A stretch of 64,000 bases of DNA from a virus. Lineage: Duplodnaviria; Caudoviricetes. Location of the stretch: positions 1 to 64,000 of IMG/VR virus record IMGVR_UViG_2894272399_000002; one strand, given 5' to 3'. Shown in pieces: positions 1 to 9,596 of this stretch. Below the pieces are notes generated by a model. That model saw only the letters and a list, made by a program, of their open reading frames with translations. It searched no databases and was not told the DNA's origin. Within the stretch, counting starts at the first letter, position 1, and every line of letters starts with the position of its first letter. The translations under genes and the position numbers were made by a program.

Positions 1-1275
1 ATGGCTTCGTTCAATGTTGAAATCAATCCAAAGCCCAACAAACATGGCTTTCATACTGTATTCGTAAGGATCACTGTCGCCAGAAAACTTAAACGGTTTA
101 AAACTTCCGTTGCAATTCCGTTAGAGCATTTCAACGCGAAAGGGAAATATGGTCGATGGGTAAGGACTATCAACCCTAGGCAGGCAAAACTAAATCATCA
201 GATTGATGAATTTATTCAACAATTGAAACTTCGAGTCGAAAAAATCGAAGAAAAAGGACTTCCTGTGCTTGTGGAGATGAATAAGCCTTACATCAATGAG
301 GGTGTCACTACTGTGAAAATGCACCTAGACAGTGTTCTGGAAGAAATGAAGGTTGAAAAGGCTTACATATATTATAATGGTGCAAAATCGATGTTTTCCC
401 GGTTTCAGAACTTTGTTGGTGATAACACCCCATTGAATGTGATTGACACCGATCATATCCAACGATTCAAGATTCACTTGATATCAACGAAAATCTCAAA
501 CGTCACGATCAATAACATACTTAAGCGAATCCATGCGGCCTTTATCTCGGCAGTCCGCTCCAATTTAATAGAGAGAGATCCATTCCGGGCCCACGATACA
601 CTCCCAGAACTTCCAAGCAAAAAACAAAGGCTGAACGACGAGCAAATTCAAAAACTCGAAGAGCTTGAATTGAGAACCGACAAAAAAATCAATTGGCCGT
701 ACCACACCCGGAACATGTACCTGTTTTCTTATTACAATGCAGGGATCAGGGTTGCGGACTTGATGCAATTGAGACATGGGAATATTACGTCCGACGGACG
801 CCTTGAATACGAAATGTCGAAAACCGGCCACCAAAAAAGCATTGCGCTCAATAAAAAGGCCAAAGATATTCTCGCCATTTATTCTAACCCAGACGCAAAG
901 CCAACAGACTATCTCTTTCCGGTGTTAGACAACACTGCCGAGTATGCCAAGTATCTGACATACGCAGACAAGAAAAAAATGGGATTTCATCTCCGAGAAC
1001 TTCTTCAGACTGCTATTTCAGGGAAGACCTCACAAATCAACAACAACTTAAAGGTGCTTTCGGCGCAAATCGGCCTGGACAAGTCAATCACATTTCATAC
1101 GGCGAGGCACTCTTTTGCCGATAAAGCCCGGCGATCGATGAAAAAATCAGATAAGATCACCATGTATGATATCAAAAATGCACTGGGCCATAAAAGTATT
1201 CTCACGACTGAGCGGTACATGAATTCGTTTGATAAGGAATCGCTTGATGAGGCAATGAGCGATATATTTGAGTAA
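1..1275 (+). CDS. int: Tyrosine recombinase / phage integrase
   Basis: GIRVADL (catalytic R), HTARH (HxxR), LGH and C-terminal Y (TERY); N-terminal arm-binding region of Bacteroidota type. Confidence 0.95.
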   Translation: MASFNVEINPKPNKHGFHTVFVRITVARKLKRFKTSVAIPLEHFNAKGKYGRWVRTINPRQAKLNHQIDEFIQQLKLRVEKIEEKGLPVLVEMNKPYINEGVTTVKMHLDSVLEEMKVEKAYIYYNGAKSMFSRFQNFVGDNTPLNVIDTDHIQRFKIHLISTKISNVTINNILKRIHAAFISAVRSNLIERDPFRAHDTLPELPSKKQRLNDEQIQKLEELELRTDKKINWPYHTRNMYLFSYYNAGIRVADLMQLRHGNITSDGRLEYEMSKTGHQKSIALNKKAKDILAIYSNPDAKPTDYLFPVLDNTAEYAKYLTYADKKKMGFHLRELLQTAISGKTSQINNNLKVLSAQIGLDKSITFHTARHSFADKARRSMKKSDKITMYDIKNALGHKSILTTERYMNSFDKESLDEAMSDIFE

Positions 1276-1277
1276 TC

Positions 1278-4200
1278 CTACCAGTTATTGTCGTGGTTTG
1301 ACTGCTGATACCAGTTTCCGTTATAATGACGAACAACTACCATCACTCCCCCATTGACCCGGAAACTTGAAGCGCCGCGAATCATTCCCACCAGAAAGAA
1401 ATCGTTGAACGCGTTGTTAGCATTCAGGATACAGACTTCTTTACCGTTCGCTATTGGCCCTGAAGGAGTGAGAAAGCCAAGCCCGACCACACCGGCAGTC
1501 GGGTTGATCGCGATGAAGTCATAAAGACTTGGATCAACACCCCGAGTGATGGAAGTACTGATTGTTTCTTCATAGGTGGCTCTTCCGTTTAATAGACCTT
1601 CTTGGAGCATTGATTTTCCACTCGACGCGTAGATCGCAAAATTCTGAAAACCAAGTGGGGCATTTTTAGCGGAAAAGACCGCGCCGAAATTACTACCGAC
1701 TCCACCGGCTTCTTCGGCTCTGAAAATCGCCGCCCCTTTTCCTCCGAAAGTTGAAGGAAAAACATTTGCACCAATCATGGCCTCAGTCCGGTTTGATGCT
1801 GTCGAAGACCTGGCAATGATATAACCGTTTCCATCCTGGTTTGTCAAACCGTTGGCATCGACTTCCCATCCTCCTATCTTCGCTAACGCGGTAATCAGTT
1901 TCCCGCCGAGTTCAAACCGAGATGGGGCAGTTGCCCTATTTGCATACGATGGCCCGAACCACGCCAAAACATTTCCATCCGAGGGAGAGTTTATCCCACA
2001 GATCCCTCCTACTCCAACATTTGAAGAATTGAATAGCTCCAACTTGTTGCGGATTTCAAGATGTCCTCCGTTGAAAGCGCGCAGAGGTGCGAATGCTTGA
2101 TTGATTTGTGAAGCACCAAGAAATAACCGGATTGCATTATCTCCAGATCCCCCGCCTTGAATTCCTGCTCTTATCGTACCGTCTTCATTTGCGAGGTACA
2201 ATGATCCAGTAACAGCTATGCCGCCATTAATTGCCGTTACCGTATTGTCGTAAATCGTCGCATCATCCCAATCCGCTCCATTATATGAGCCTGTCAGCCT
2301 AGTCACCTTACAAACAAAAAGATCAGTTCCGTTTGTCCAAAGGTCGCCGACATCATACGGAGGGAAAGGAGTTGGCTTCGCCACCGAAGAAATAAACACC
2401 CGGCGCTTACCATCGGCAGTGTCTTTTGCCTGGCTGGCTAGAAGCAAGGCCTGAGTTATCCGGTCGTCGGTTACCTCTTCCCACGAATAGGTGCCATCCA
2501 AAACGCGGAAACGGTAAGACTTCTTTGAAAGGTTATCAAAATAGTTATCCCCGATGTGGGCCTCTTTCAACTCGGCTGTTGTCCAATTGATCGCGGGTTC
2601 ATTGGTCAAAGTCGGCGCTCCTTCCAAAAACCAGTTTTCAACCTGTCCGTCGGTTTGTTCGGCGATCCCGTCAATTAGAGCCAGTACTTCGGTTTCAAGC
2701 TGCGAAACTGATTTATTGATTCCGTTTGCTGCCCGGAATTTCAGATTCCCGTAAAGCTCCCCGGTATCCAGGTTAAAGCCCGTGCTGCCGTCGGAAGATC
2801 TGATTTCTCCGGTCGTTATCCACCGCCCACTAATCAGGGTGAACCCATAAGTGAGGTTCATTTGCCGGGTTTGGCTGACGGGGTCAACGGAATTGAGAAT
2901 TCCAAGAAGGAAATGGTAATAAACCGGATCTTCTTTTGTCTTGATTTTATTATCACCAAACAAGATGGTCGCTGCGTTCCCTTGCCTTGGGCACTTGGCG
3001 TAGATGTATTTGAAGGTGTTATCTCCAAAAGCGACCGACGCCGCATTGAAGTTCCAAGTCCTGATCTCGGGTTCAATTGTAAGGTGAACGAGCTGGCCGG
3101 CCGTATAACGCAGCTGGTTTTTGTCGCCCAGGTAATTGGGCATGAAAACCGAGTTGATGATTTGGAACTGCTGCCCTTCGGTGCCGAACAGCGCGATCGC
3201 GGCCTCCAATGACTCAGCTCGGATTTTCCCATCCTTTAAATATCCATCAGGATCAAAGGCCTCATTTATCGTTTCCCGCGCAGACTTCCAGTTTTGTTTG
3301 GCGACAATTGGATTCCGAAGATCATTGAGAGTTACAATATTGTTCAGTTGCTTGACGTCCGATATCACCCGTGTGATCGTCGAAACCTGATAACTGTCCG
3401 CGATCTCGATCACATATTTAAAAGGCTCCAAAATATTCCTGGTAAACCTGGTAACCCGGCTCGCCTTATCAATATTCAGATCCTTGTCCTTGATTTGGAT
3501 GTAATCGCCCAGATCAAAGAAATTAGGGATTACACCCGGCGAGGTTTTGCCCTTTAAAAACTTCGGATCAATGTCAAGTGAATACTGAACGAGAGGTGCT
3601 TTGTTTGCATCCAGGAACAATTGTGCTTTCGTTCTGAGCGCCGCTTCCGCTTTTGTAACGTAGATCTCCGGCATGATGATATCGACGAGCACATACTTAT
3701 CGTTAAAATCGATTTGATAAGCTGGGTCAGTCGTATTTGGGAAAGGCATACCCTTTTCGTCCTTGAATCCAATGATCGTGAACGTAAATGTCTCGTGATT
3801 ATACCCACCCTCGGCAAGCTCGAATTCATATCCGGCCAGGTTCCCTGTATTGAAATGGATTTTGGGAGATTTCCCATTAACTAGGTACTTATGACCATTT
3901 TCATCTTTTTCTAAAAGATCGAAGGGGAAATCAATATCCTGGAATGAATAGTAATTATTCGTGATCTTGGCGGTTACCGTTCCCTCATAGCTTGGCTTGA
4001 CTTCCTCAAAAATCTTGTCCCCTTCAATGAGTCCAAAGGCAGCAATCGCGGCTTCGTCTTCAATATAATCACTTCCAGCCTCCCCTATTTTTAGCCTGGG
4101 CGAATAATTCCGGTACTCAGCAGGAAGGTTTTCAGAGCTACCGTAGGGATAAAGCCGGGTAACGATAGTAGTTTCCTTTACTGATCTGCGGGTTAATGTG

Positions 4201-4823
4201 TAAAGTCCGCGGCCCCGTCCGTATTCGTAGACGTCATTAAGGATCTGGCCTGCTTTCTGAACGTTCAGCGTTTTCACGTTCCCAACTTGCAGGATTTCAA
4301 ACTCGACTTCGAATTCTTTACAGATAGTTTGTTGAAGGGCAGCAAGGCAATTGGATGAAGAAAACGTCAGAGTTTTAACGTCGGTTGACTGCACGGAGCC
4401 TTTTAGCCAAACACCCGTCCCGAAAGTTCGGTTACAATTATATATAAGAACATCGATGAACAGTTCCAGATTTCCGGTCAAAGAAAAATCACTGCTCCGA
4501 TAAAATCCGGTTGCGTCGGCGTCGAAATACCGGCTTGACATCAGATCGTTTTGGACTCCTTCGAAGGTGCAGATGTAGCGGAAATCCCTTTCACTTACCT
4601 TCTGTTCTTCCGGAAGTACATTCAGTGTATAGTACCGGCCAAATACTAGGATCTTCATTCCGAGCTGCATTTCCAAATGCATTGTGCTCTTGAAGCTGAT
4701 ATTGACTATATCCTGACCGAGAAGATCACAAACCTGCTCAGCCTTTTCTATGGAAGTGAGAGGAACACCGCGTTGAAGGGGATACTGCGACCCGTCTGGC
4801 TTGATTAAAGTAATTTGTTCCAT
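1278..4823 (-). CDS. Tail tip / Tal-like central tail protein
   Basis: 1181 aa after Dit; TRLYPYGS..NLP and YEYGRGRGL motifs of prophage tail endopeptidase-like hub proteins; YDVGDLW motif. Confidence 0.8.
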   Translation of the reverse strand: MEQITLIKPDGSQYPLQRGVPLTSIEKAEQVCDLLGQDIVNISFKSTMHLEMQLGMKILVFGRYYTLNVLPEEQKVSERDFRYICTFEGVQNDLMSSRYFDADATGFYRSSDFSLTGNLELFIDVLIYNCNRTFGTGVWLKGSVQSTDVKTLTFSSSNCLAALQQTICKEFEVEFEILQVGNVKTLNVQKAGQILNDVYEYGRGRGLYTLTRRSVKETTIVTRLYPYGSSENLPAEYRNYSPRLKIGEAGSDYIEDEAAIAAFGLIEGDKIFEEVKPSYEGTVTAKITNNYYSFQDIDFPFDLLEKDENGHKYLVNGKSPKIHFNTGNLAGYEFELAEGGYNHETFTFTIIGFKDEKGMPFPNTTDPAYQIDFNDKYVLVDIIMPEIYVTKAEAALRTKAQLFLDANKAPLVQYSLDIDPKFLKGKTSPGVIPNFFDLGDYIQIKDKDLNIDKASRVTRFTRNILEPFKYVIEIADSYQVSTITRVISDVKQLNNIVTLNDLRNPIVAKQNWKSARETINEAFDPDGYLKDGKIRAESLEAAIALFGTEGQQFQIINSVFMPNYLGDKNQLRYTAGQLVHLTIEPEIRTWNFNAASVAFGDNTFKYIYAKCPRQGNAATILFGDNKIKTKEDPVYYHFLLGILNSVDPVSQTRQMNLTYGFTLISGRWITTGEIRSSDGSTGFNLDTGELYGNLKFRAANGINKSVSQLETEVLALIDGIAEQTDGQVENWFLEGAPTLTNEPAINWTTAELKEAHIGDNYFDNLSKKSYRFRVLDGTYSWEEVTDDRITQALLLASQAKDTADGKRRVFISSVAKPTPFPPYDVGDLWTNGTDLFVCKVTRLTGSYNGADWDDATIYDNTVTAINGGIAVTGSLYLANEDGTIRAGIQGGGSGDNAIRLFLGASQINQAFAPLRAFNGGHLEIRNKLELFNSSNVGVGGICGINSPSDGNVLAWFGPSYANRATAPSRFELGGKLITALAKIGGWEVDANGLTNQDGNGYIIARSSTASNRTEAMIGANVFPSTFGGKGAAIFRAEEAGGVGSNFGAVFSAKNAPLGFQNFAIYASSGKSMLQEGLLNGRATYEETISTSITRGVDPSLYDFIAINPTAGVVGLGFLTPSGPIANGKEVCILNANNAFNDFFLVGMIRGASSFRVNGGVMVVVRHYNGNWYQQSNHDNNW

Positions 4824-6010
4824 ACGATCACGGCATTGGTGGTGAATGCTTCAATTTTCTCAATCACTCCAGCGATGATGATATAATATGTACCTGGTGA
4901 GGTGTATTTTCTGGTGATTAGTAGGTTTGTCCCATAGACGTCCCGTGAGTTGGTGCCGTCACCCCAATAGATGTCGAGCATCTTGTAAGAAGTAAGTGTG
5001 ATTTCCAGATCCGGAGTTGAGTCGTCAACTTTGATGTATCGGAGAACCCGTTTAACGGGTTGTTTTTCTTTCAGGTTTAGTGTGAAGGTGCAAAACGCTT
5101 TTCCTTCTCTCCATTTTTTATCGAATTCAATTTTGCCTTTGTGATGGACTTCAAAAACCAATGGCTTGGTTCCGATATCGACCATGAGCCTTTGGGTACC
5201 GTTCCTTTTGAACTGGTCTTTGATCGCCGTCTGAGTATTGAGCATAGCATCCTTTCCGATGGCAGAGAACCAGCAGCCGAGTTCAATTTCGCGTGGCATA
5301 TAACGGATATCGTCAAGATCTTCGAACGAACCGTGCTCATCGAGCCAATCGTGATCCGAAGATTCTTTTTGCTCCAACCCATCTGTTAAACCTTTTTCGC
5401 TGGAAACAGTAATCCCCAAAGCTTTGAAGTCCATTCCATTGATGGAAAATCTGACTTGGTTGGCGAAGGTTGAAACGACTGGGATCAGATCGTTGGTAGT
5501 TAGCGCCTTCCCCTCTACAACCCGGAAAAGATCGATGCTGCACCATCCTGGTTCATTGTACCCGTTGTCGTTCTCAACACTGAATCCAGTGGGTGTCCCC
5601 CACTCTACCGGTCTGGATTTGACCTCTACGGGCCTTGCATCCACGTAAGCAGCATAAGTCCCCTCTTTATGTGCGAGGGCAATCATTGTCCATGTATCCG
5701 CCTTGGTGTGCAGGTCAATTCTGAATTCGGGGAAGCCCGGGAAGTTGACTAGTATCCAGGTGTTTGTCGGCCCGTAAATAGTCGGTGTGGCGGTAATCCA
5801 GAAGAAAACCGTGTATGTGGAATCAAAATCAATGATTGGTGTCAGAATCTCAACGTAGCCTGCGGCGGGAAAGATCACACAATTTCCTTCCCTTCCTTTT
5901 AAAAACCTCCCATTAATTACGTCGGCATGCACCCCGGACGGCGAGTAGTCGTATGCTACCAGTGAGCCGTCCGCCTCGTCGAAAGGAAGATCTAAAATGA
6001 GGTTGTCCAT
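4805..6010 (-). CDS. Distal tail (Dit)-like protein with N-terminal LamG/ConA-like domain
   Basis: LPFDE..G..AYDYS LamG-type start; HDW.DEHG...D and PREIEL Dit-like motifs; start moved to ATG at 6010, which follows an ACACAC motif. Confidence 0.7.
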   Translation of the reverse strand: MDNLILDLPFDEADGSLVAYDYSPSGVHADVINGRFLKGREGNCVIFPAAGYVEILTPIIDFDSTYTVFFWITATPTIYGPTNTWILVNFPGFPEFRIDLHTKADTWTMIALAHKEGTYAAYVDARPVEVKSRPVEWGTPTGFSVENDNGYNEPGWCSIDLFRVVEGKALTTNDLIPVVSTFANQVRFSINGMDFKALGITVSSEKGLTDGLEQKESSDHDWLDEHGSFEDLDDIRYMPREIELGCWFSAIGKDAMLNTQTAIKDQFKRNGTQRLMVDIGTKPLVFEVHHKGKIEFDKKWREGKAFCTFTLNLKEKQPVKRVLRYIKVDDSTPDLEITLTSYKMLDIYWGDGTNSRDVYGTNLLITRKYTSPGTYYIIIAGVIEKIEAFTTNAVIVWNKLL

Positions 6011-6030
6011 TAAGTGTGTGCTTTGCAAAA

Positions 6031-6169
6031 CAAAGATATATAATCATTTTGTTTTAGAATATATATAACATGATTATTGTTAATCAATGTAGCTATTATG
6101 AATAATTAATAGACGATGAAATATTTTTATATGTTATATATATTCTGTTTTAAAATATCTTTACATTTG
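6031..6169. promoter_or_regulatory. Divergent promoter pair with palindromic operators
   Basis: Bacteroidota -7 elements TATCTTTG (minus, 6031-6038) and TACATTTG (plus, 6162-6169); perfect 16-bp inverted repeat 6056-6071/6131-6146. Confidence 0.65.
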
Positions 6170-6310
6170 TATTCACGATAAGAATAACAGAATATTAGTA
6201 GTGGTATTGACGAGATGAGAGGCTTCAATACCATTCCCAGGAATGGAACTTCCACCGGGCCCGGATCAACTCTCATTGGTTCGGGCCTTCTTCGTTTTAA
6301 GATATATCGG

Positions 6311-6874
6311 ATGGACAATTCACTACTTATAACAATTATCGTAATTCTGATAGCAAGTATGCTGTTCAATTCGAGGGCATCTTCTACGAAAGAAAGGACA
6401 GAAGAAGATGATGAAAAGAATACCTCCCGTTGGAATGTTTTCGGTGGAATACTTGGGGCGATGGTCGTCTTGGGGATGCTATTGCTACTCGCCTCAATGC
6501 TTTTCAGTTTCAGTAATCCCGGTAATGTGATCACAGAAAGTTCTGATCCCATACCATGGCAAAAAGCGCAACGGAGATTCGGAGTCAAAATCTTACCTCA
6601 TTTCACTGGTTCGCCATATTATCAGATCGTGTTTACGAACAATGGTTTTTTGACCACCAGTAATTTGGAAGAGTATATGGATCATGTCAATAAGGTTCAA
6701 CTGTGGCTGGGTTCAAAGGATGAAGCTATCCAAGTCGCTCAAACAATCACATCTTACGACCAATGTTTGATTTTCAACAAGCATGTTCAGGATCAACTTC
6801 AAGTCGCAAACGAAACTATAACCTTTACAGCAAATGAAAAATCTCAAACACAAGATCCTGGAAACGCTGAATAA
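6311..6874 (+). CDS. Membrane protein, unknown function
   Basis: Two hydrophobic segments; likely start ATG 6311 (ORF track starts at 6215). Confidence 0.55.
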   Translation: MDNSLLITIIVILIASMLFNSRASSTKERTEEDDEKNTSRWNVFGGILGAMVVLGMLLLLASMLFSFSNPGNVITESSDPIPWQKAQRRFGVKILPHFTGSPYYQIVFTNNGFLTTSNLEEYMDHVNKVQLWLGSKDEAIQVAQTITSYDQCLIFNKHVQDQLQVANETITFTANEKSQTQDPGNAE

Positions 6875-7151
6875 AACGGTTTCCGAGACAGCCCGCGACA
6901 GAGTATGGCTGACCCATTTCGTCAATAAGGAAACCGACAAAGAAACGGTGAAAGCGGCTTTTGAAGAGCTCGATCAGGCTGGACACGGGGTTTATACCCG
7001 GACACTTGAAGGGATCAGTCTCGCAGCAACGGACGAATCGAAAAAAGCCTTTGAAGACGGGGTTTATTTGGAGAAGGAAGAAGTGAAGGCTGCGCCGGTG
7101 AAGAAGGAGAAGGTCGCGAAGCCCAAAGTATTGAGTCAAAGAAATAATTAA
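6834..7151 (+). CDS. Hypothetical phage protein immediately upstream of the ncRNA array
   Basis: 105-aa ORF with Lys-rich C-terminus; stop lies 3 nt before the tRNA-like RNA. Confidence 0.65.
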   Translation: MKNLKHKILETLNKTVSETARDRVWLTHFVNKETDKETVKAAFEELDQAGHGVYTRTLEGISLAATDESKKAFEDGVYLEKEEVKAAPVKKEKVAKPKVLSQRNN

Positions 7152-7153
7152 TT

Positions 7154-7394
7154 GATCAGGTGGCGGAATTGGTAGACGCTCATCAGGTAAAGGAGACTTC
7201 GTTCGGTGAGACCGCGTAACGATGCGCTAAACGAGATAGCGAGACTGCATCCCTTAATTGGCCGAAAGGCGTTACCCACATATACAAGTGGATACGGTGG
7301 ATGGAATTGCAGCCCATTGATTTAGCAGAAGGGTAAAACGAGGCGTCGGTACACGCCTATCCTTACCATGCAGGTTCGAATCCTGCCCTGATCA
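7154..7394 (+). ncRNA. Giant tRNA-like RNA (Leu-type D-arm, canonical T-arm, about 190-nt structured insert)
   Basis: Acceptor GATCAGG/CCTGATC+A; D-arm TGGCGGAATTGGTAGACGC; T-arm GCAGG-TTCGAAT-CCTGC; no recognisable anticodon arm. Confidence 0.8.
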
Positions 7395-7480
7395 CCTAAC
7401 GAAGCGACGGACACACGAACGGCTGTAGCGCGAAGAACAGTTCAAGTGTCGGACGTCGGGGAAAGACCCGAAGCAAAGGA

Positions 7481-7562
7481 ACCTATGTAGCTCAGTCAGT
7501 TCAGAGTACCGTCGGTTGCAATATACCGACGGAGGTCATGGGGGCGGATCCCATCATAGGAG
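7481..7562 (+). ncRNA. Non-canonical tRNA-like RNA
   Basis: Cloverleaf: CCTATG/CATAGG, D-stem GCTC/GAGT, 8-bp stem CCGTCGGT/ACCGACGG with 8-nt loop, variable loop AGGTC, T-stem ATGGG/CCCAT with loop GGCGGAT. Confidence 0.75.
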
Positions 7563-7664
7563 CAACATCAAAGCCGAACAGTGAGCTGCAGTGGCGTATG
7601 CCAGCGACAGACCGTAGTCGCATGAATCAGGGATGAGGGCCAGCGGTCAGCCCGAACCGACGAT

Positions 7665-7698
7665 AACCCGGGAACACGCACGTTAGTACCGGGTTTTT
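7665..7698 (+). terminator. Probable terminator closing the ncRNA array
   Basis: AACCCGG...CCGGGTT stem followed by a T run; loop is unusually long. Confidence 0.4.
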
Positions 7699-7875
7699 CA
7701 AATCGAACCATTTAACGACAGATAGGCCAAGTACCAAAACACGTGAGGAATGCAGGTTGTACAGTATGGATAACAACCCTTGACAATGCAGTTGCCATAC
7801 CCGTGTTGGCCAATAGATTCGCAGTCGCCCCCGGCAATCCCGTCGGGGGCAAACTTAAAAATTATACTACTTATT

Positions 7876-8334
7876 TTAATCGAATTCCATTTCCAAGAGA
7901 TCATACGAACGATAGCCATTGTTCCAAAAGATCCTATATTGCTTTCCCGGGTGTAAAACATATTCAACCAACTTCTCCCCCGTAACCAGAACAAATTTTA
8001 TTGGAGCCGTCATCTCGTCAGTCGTCAAATCACGCCCCTTTGGTAAATGATATGGAGAGTAATCTAATGCGAATCTCAAATCATGAGCGGTCAAATTACT
8101 GATCAGTATCCGGTTTTTATAGTACAACTCCGGATCTCGAGGCTGAGCTTTGTTTTGACTTGATTGTTGAATGTCAAATGGGGCCTCTCGATGAAATTCT
8201 CGAATTTGTTTTAAGACATACTCCCTCGGCCCAAGTGGAACGGTAAATGAATTTAAAGTTATTTGAGCAATTACTGCTTCCGAACTGAGGGCTATCGACA
8301 GCATTAAGGCGGATAATGTTATAGTTGGTTTCAT
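7876..8334 (-). CDS. Secreted hypothetical protein
   Basis: Signal peptide ending VIA|Q; coupled to the upstream membrane protein gene. Confidence 0.6.
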   Translation of the reverse strand: MKPTITLSALMLSIALSSEAVIAQITLNSFTVPLGPREYVLKQIREFHREAPFDIQQSSQNKAQPRDPELYYKNRILISNLTAHDLRFALDYSPYHLPKGRDLTTDEMTAPIKFVLVTGEKLVEYVLHPGKQYRIFWNNGYRSYDLLEMEFD

Positions 8335-8837
8335 AACGGTTTTTTGGAATTATTTGTTTTTTGACCCAATAAATATCCCACAAGCGTTCCAAGTAGTCCA
8401 AATGCTGGGGCAATCTGTTCAGTGGAATACCCGGCAACGACGAGGATTAGAGAACTAGTACAAGCAATAGAAATAGTAACAGCTTTCAAAAATGAGGGTT
8501 CGTCCAATTTATCCATTCGAACAAGTAAGGCACAGATCCCAATAATGATGAGCCCAAATGATAATATGACCATTGTAAGCAGTAAGTTCCTGTCGCTTAT
8601 CAAGTTTCCCTGCTTACTTTTCATTGGTTCGGCTTGACTATTCATTGTCACTGGTTTATTTTGAGATGCGGTAGGATCTGGATTGGTAATTGACTTAATG
8701 AACTGTGCCGTGTCCAACTGATTAACCGCCGCATCAGATAACAAGGGAGCGGTAATAGTCATGAATACTAAAACGAACTTAATATTGCTTTTTCGAGAAA
8801 AAATGGGTGTTAGGTTAGGGAAGGAATTAGCATTCAT
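8331..8837 (-). CDS. Membrane protein
   Basis: N-terminal hydrophobic segment and about three C-terminal TM helices (LLGTLVGYLLG). Confidence 0.65.
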   Translation of the reverse strand: MNANSFPNLTPIFSRKSNIKFVLVFMTITAPLLSDAAVNQLDTAQFIKSITNPDPTASQNKPVTMNSQAEPMKSKQGNLISDRNLLLTMVILSFGLIIIGICALLVRMDKLDEPSFLKAVTISIACTSSLILVVAGYSTEQIAPAFGLLGTLVGYLLGQKTNNSKKPL

Positions 8838-8970
8838 GATTTTAGAATTTGAGATTTCTTTAATAATGTTTTAATGAAAATATTATTGCAAAAAACATCA
8901 AAAAAATTTTTCTAATCTACTAGTCTTCAGGTAGTTACAATTATCAATCGTTCAATAATACACACACACC

Positions 8971-9435
8971 ATGACCTTCCTAATCGGCATCGACCCCGAC
9001 CTACATAAATCCGGCGTTGCTGTCTGGAATTCTGAGTTAAAATCCTGGTTGATCCACAAATCAATCCCGAACGAGGACATAATTGAAGTGCTGATCGGTA
9101 TCTGCCCGCCGGAATCATCAAAAATCTACCTGGAAGCCGGCTGGCTGAACAAAAAATCAAACTTCCGTGGCGGGAATTATCGAGTCGCCCAGGCAAAGGC
9201 CCGGAATGTTGGCGAGAACCACGCAGCCGGAAAGATGCTGGTCAAGATGCTTGAAAAAGCGGGTTATAAAGTGTTTTTGGTGCAACCGCTGAGCAAGGGC
9301 AAAGGGTTACTTAAGACCAAGGAAGGGCGATGGACGGAGCCCGGTAAGAAGTACATTATTGAGAAGTCGGGGATTGTTGGGGCGATCAATGATGATGTCA
9401 GGGATTCTATTTACTTGGTGGAGTGGTTCAAGTGA
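8971..9435 (+). CDS. RuvC/RNase H-fold nuclease (resolvase-like)
   Basis: LIGIDPD..KSGVA, YLE and C-terminal DD.RD acidic motifs. Confidence 0.7.
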   Translation: MTFLIGIDPDLHKSGVAVWNSELKSWLIHKSIPNEDIIEVLIGICPPESSKIYLEAGWLNKKSNFRGGNYRVAQAKARNVGENHAAGKMLVKMLEKAGYKVFLVQPLSKGKGLLKTKEGRWTEPGKKYIIEKSGIVGAINDDVRDSIYLVEWFK

Positions 9436-9596
9436 TCATATTCCGGACCTCGGCAAAATGATAAATGACAATTTTGGAAGAAATCTATAAGGCATGTGCG
9501 CTCCATTTGTTATGCTGTTGGGATTTCTCACACACGGTTAAAAACCACAACGTTATAAAAGTATCACCCTGGTAACAAGAAAGATATATACTCATG

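Noticed and set aside
1270-1280. att site between integrase and tail gene
   Set aside because: Only 2 bp separate the two stop codons; att probably lies upstream of int, outside the window
7181-7369. Group I intron in a tRNA-Leu
   Set aside because: AGACT occurs but there is no downstream AGTC to form P7, and I could not reconstruct a spliced anticodon arm
7154-7394. tmRNA
   Set aside because: No G3-U70 alanine identity pair, a full D-arm is present, and no tag reading frame is evident
7395-7480. tRNA-associated HDV-like (theta) ribozyme
   Set aside because: Could not find the nested double pseudoknot or the typical L3 sequence by eye
7517-7524. Calling the second RNA tRNA-Cys(GCA)
   Set aside because: GCA is off-centre in an 8-nt loop on an 8-bp stem, and the T-loop is non-canonical
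7630-7660. Hammerhead-like core GGGATGA-GGGC..GCCC-GAAC
   Set aside because: Deviates from CUGANGA and GAAA at essential positions; stems I and III are not evident
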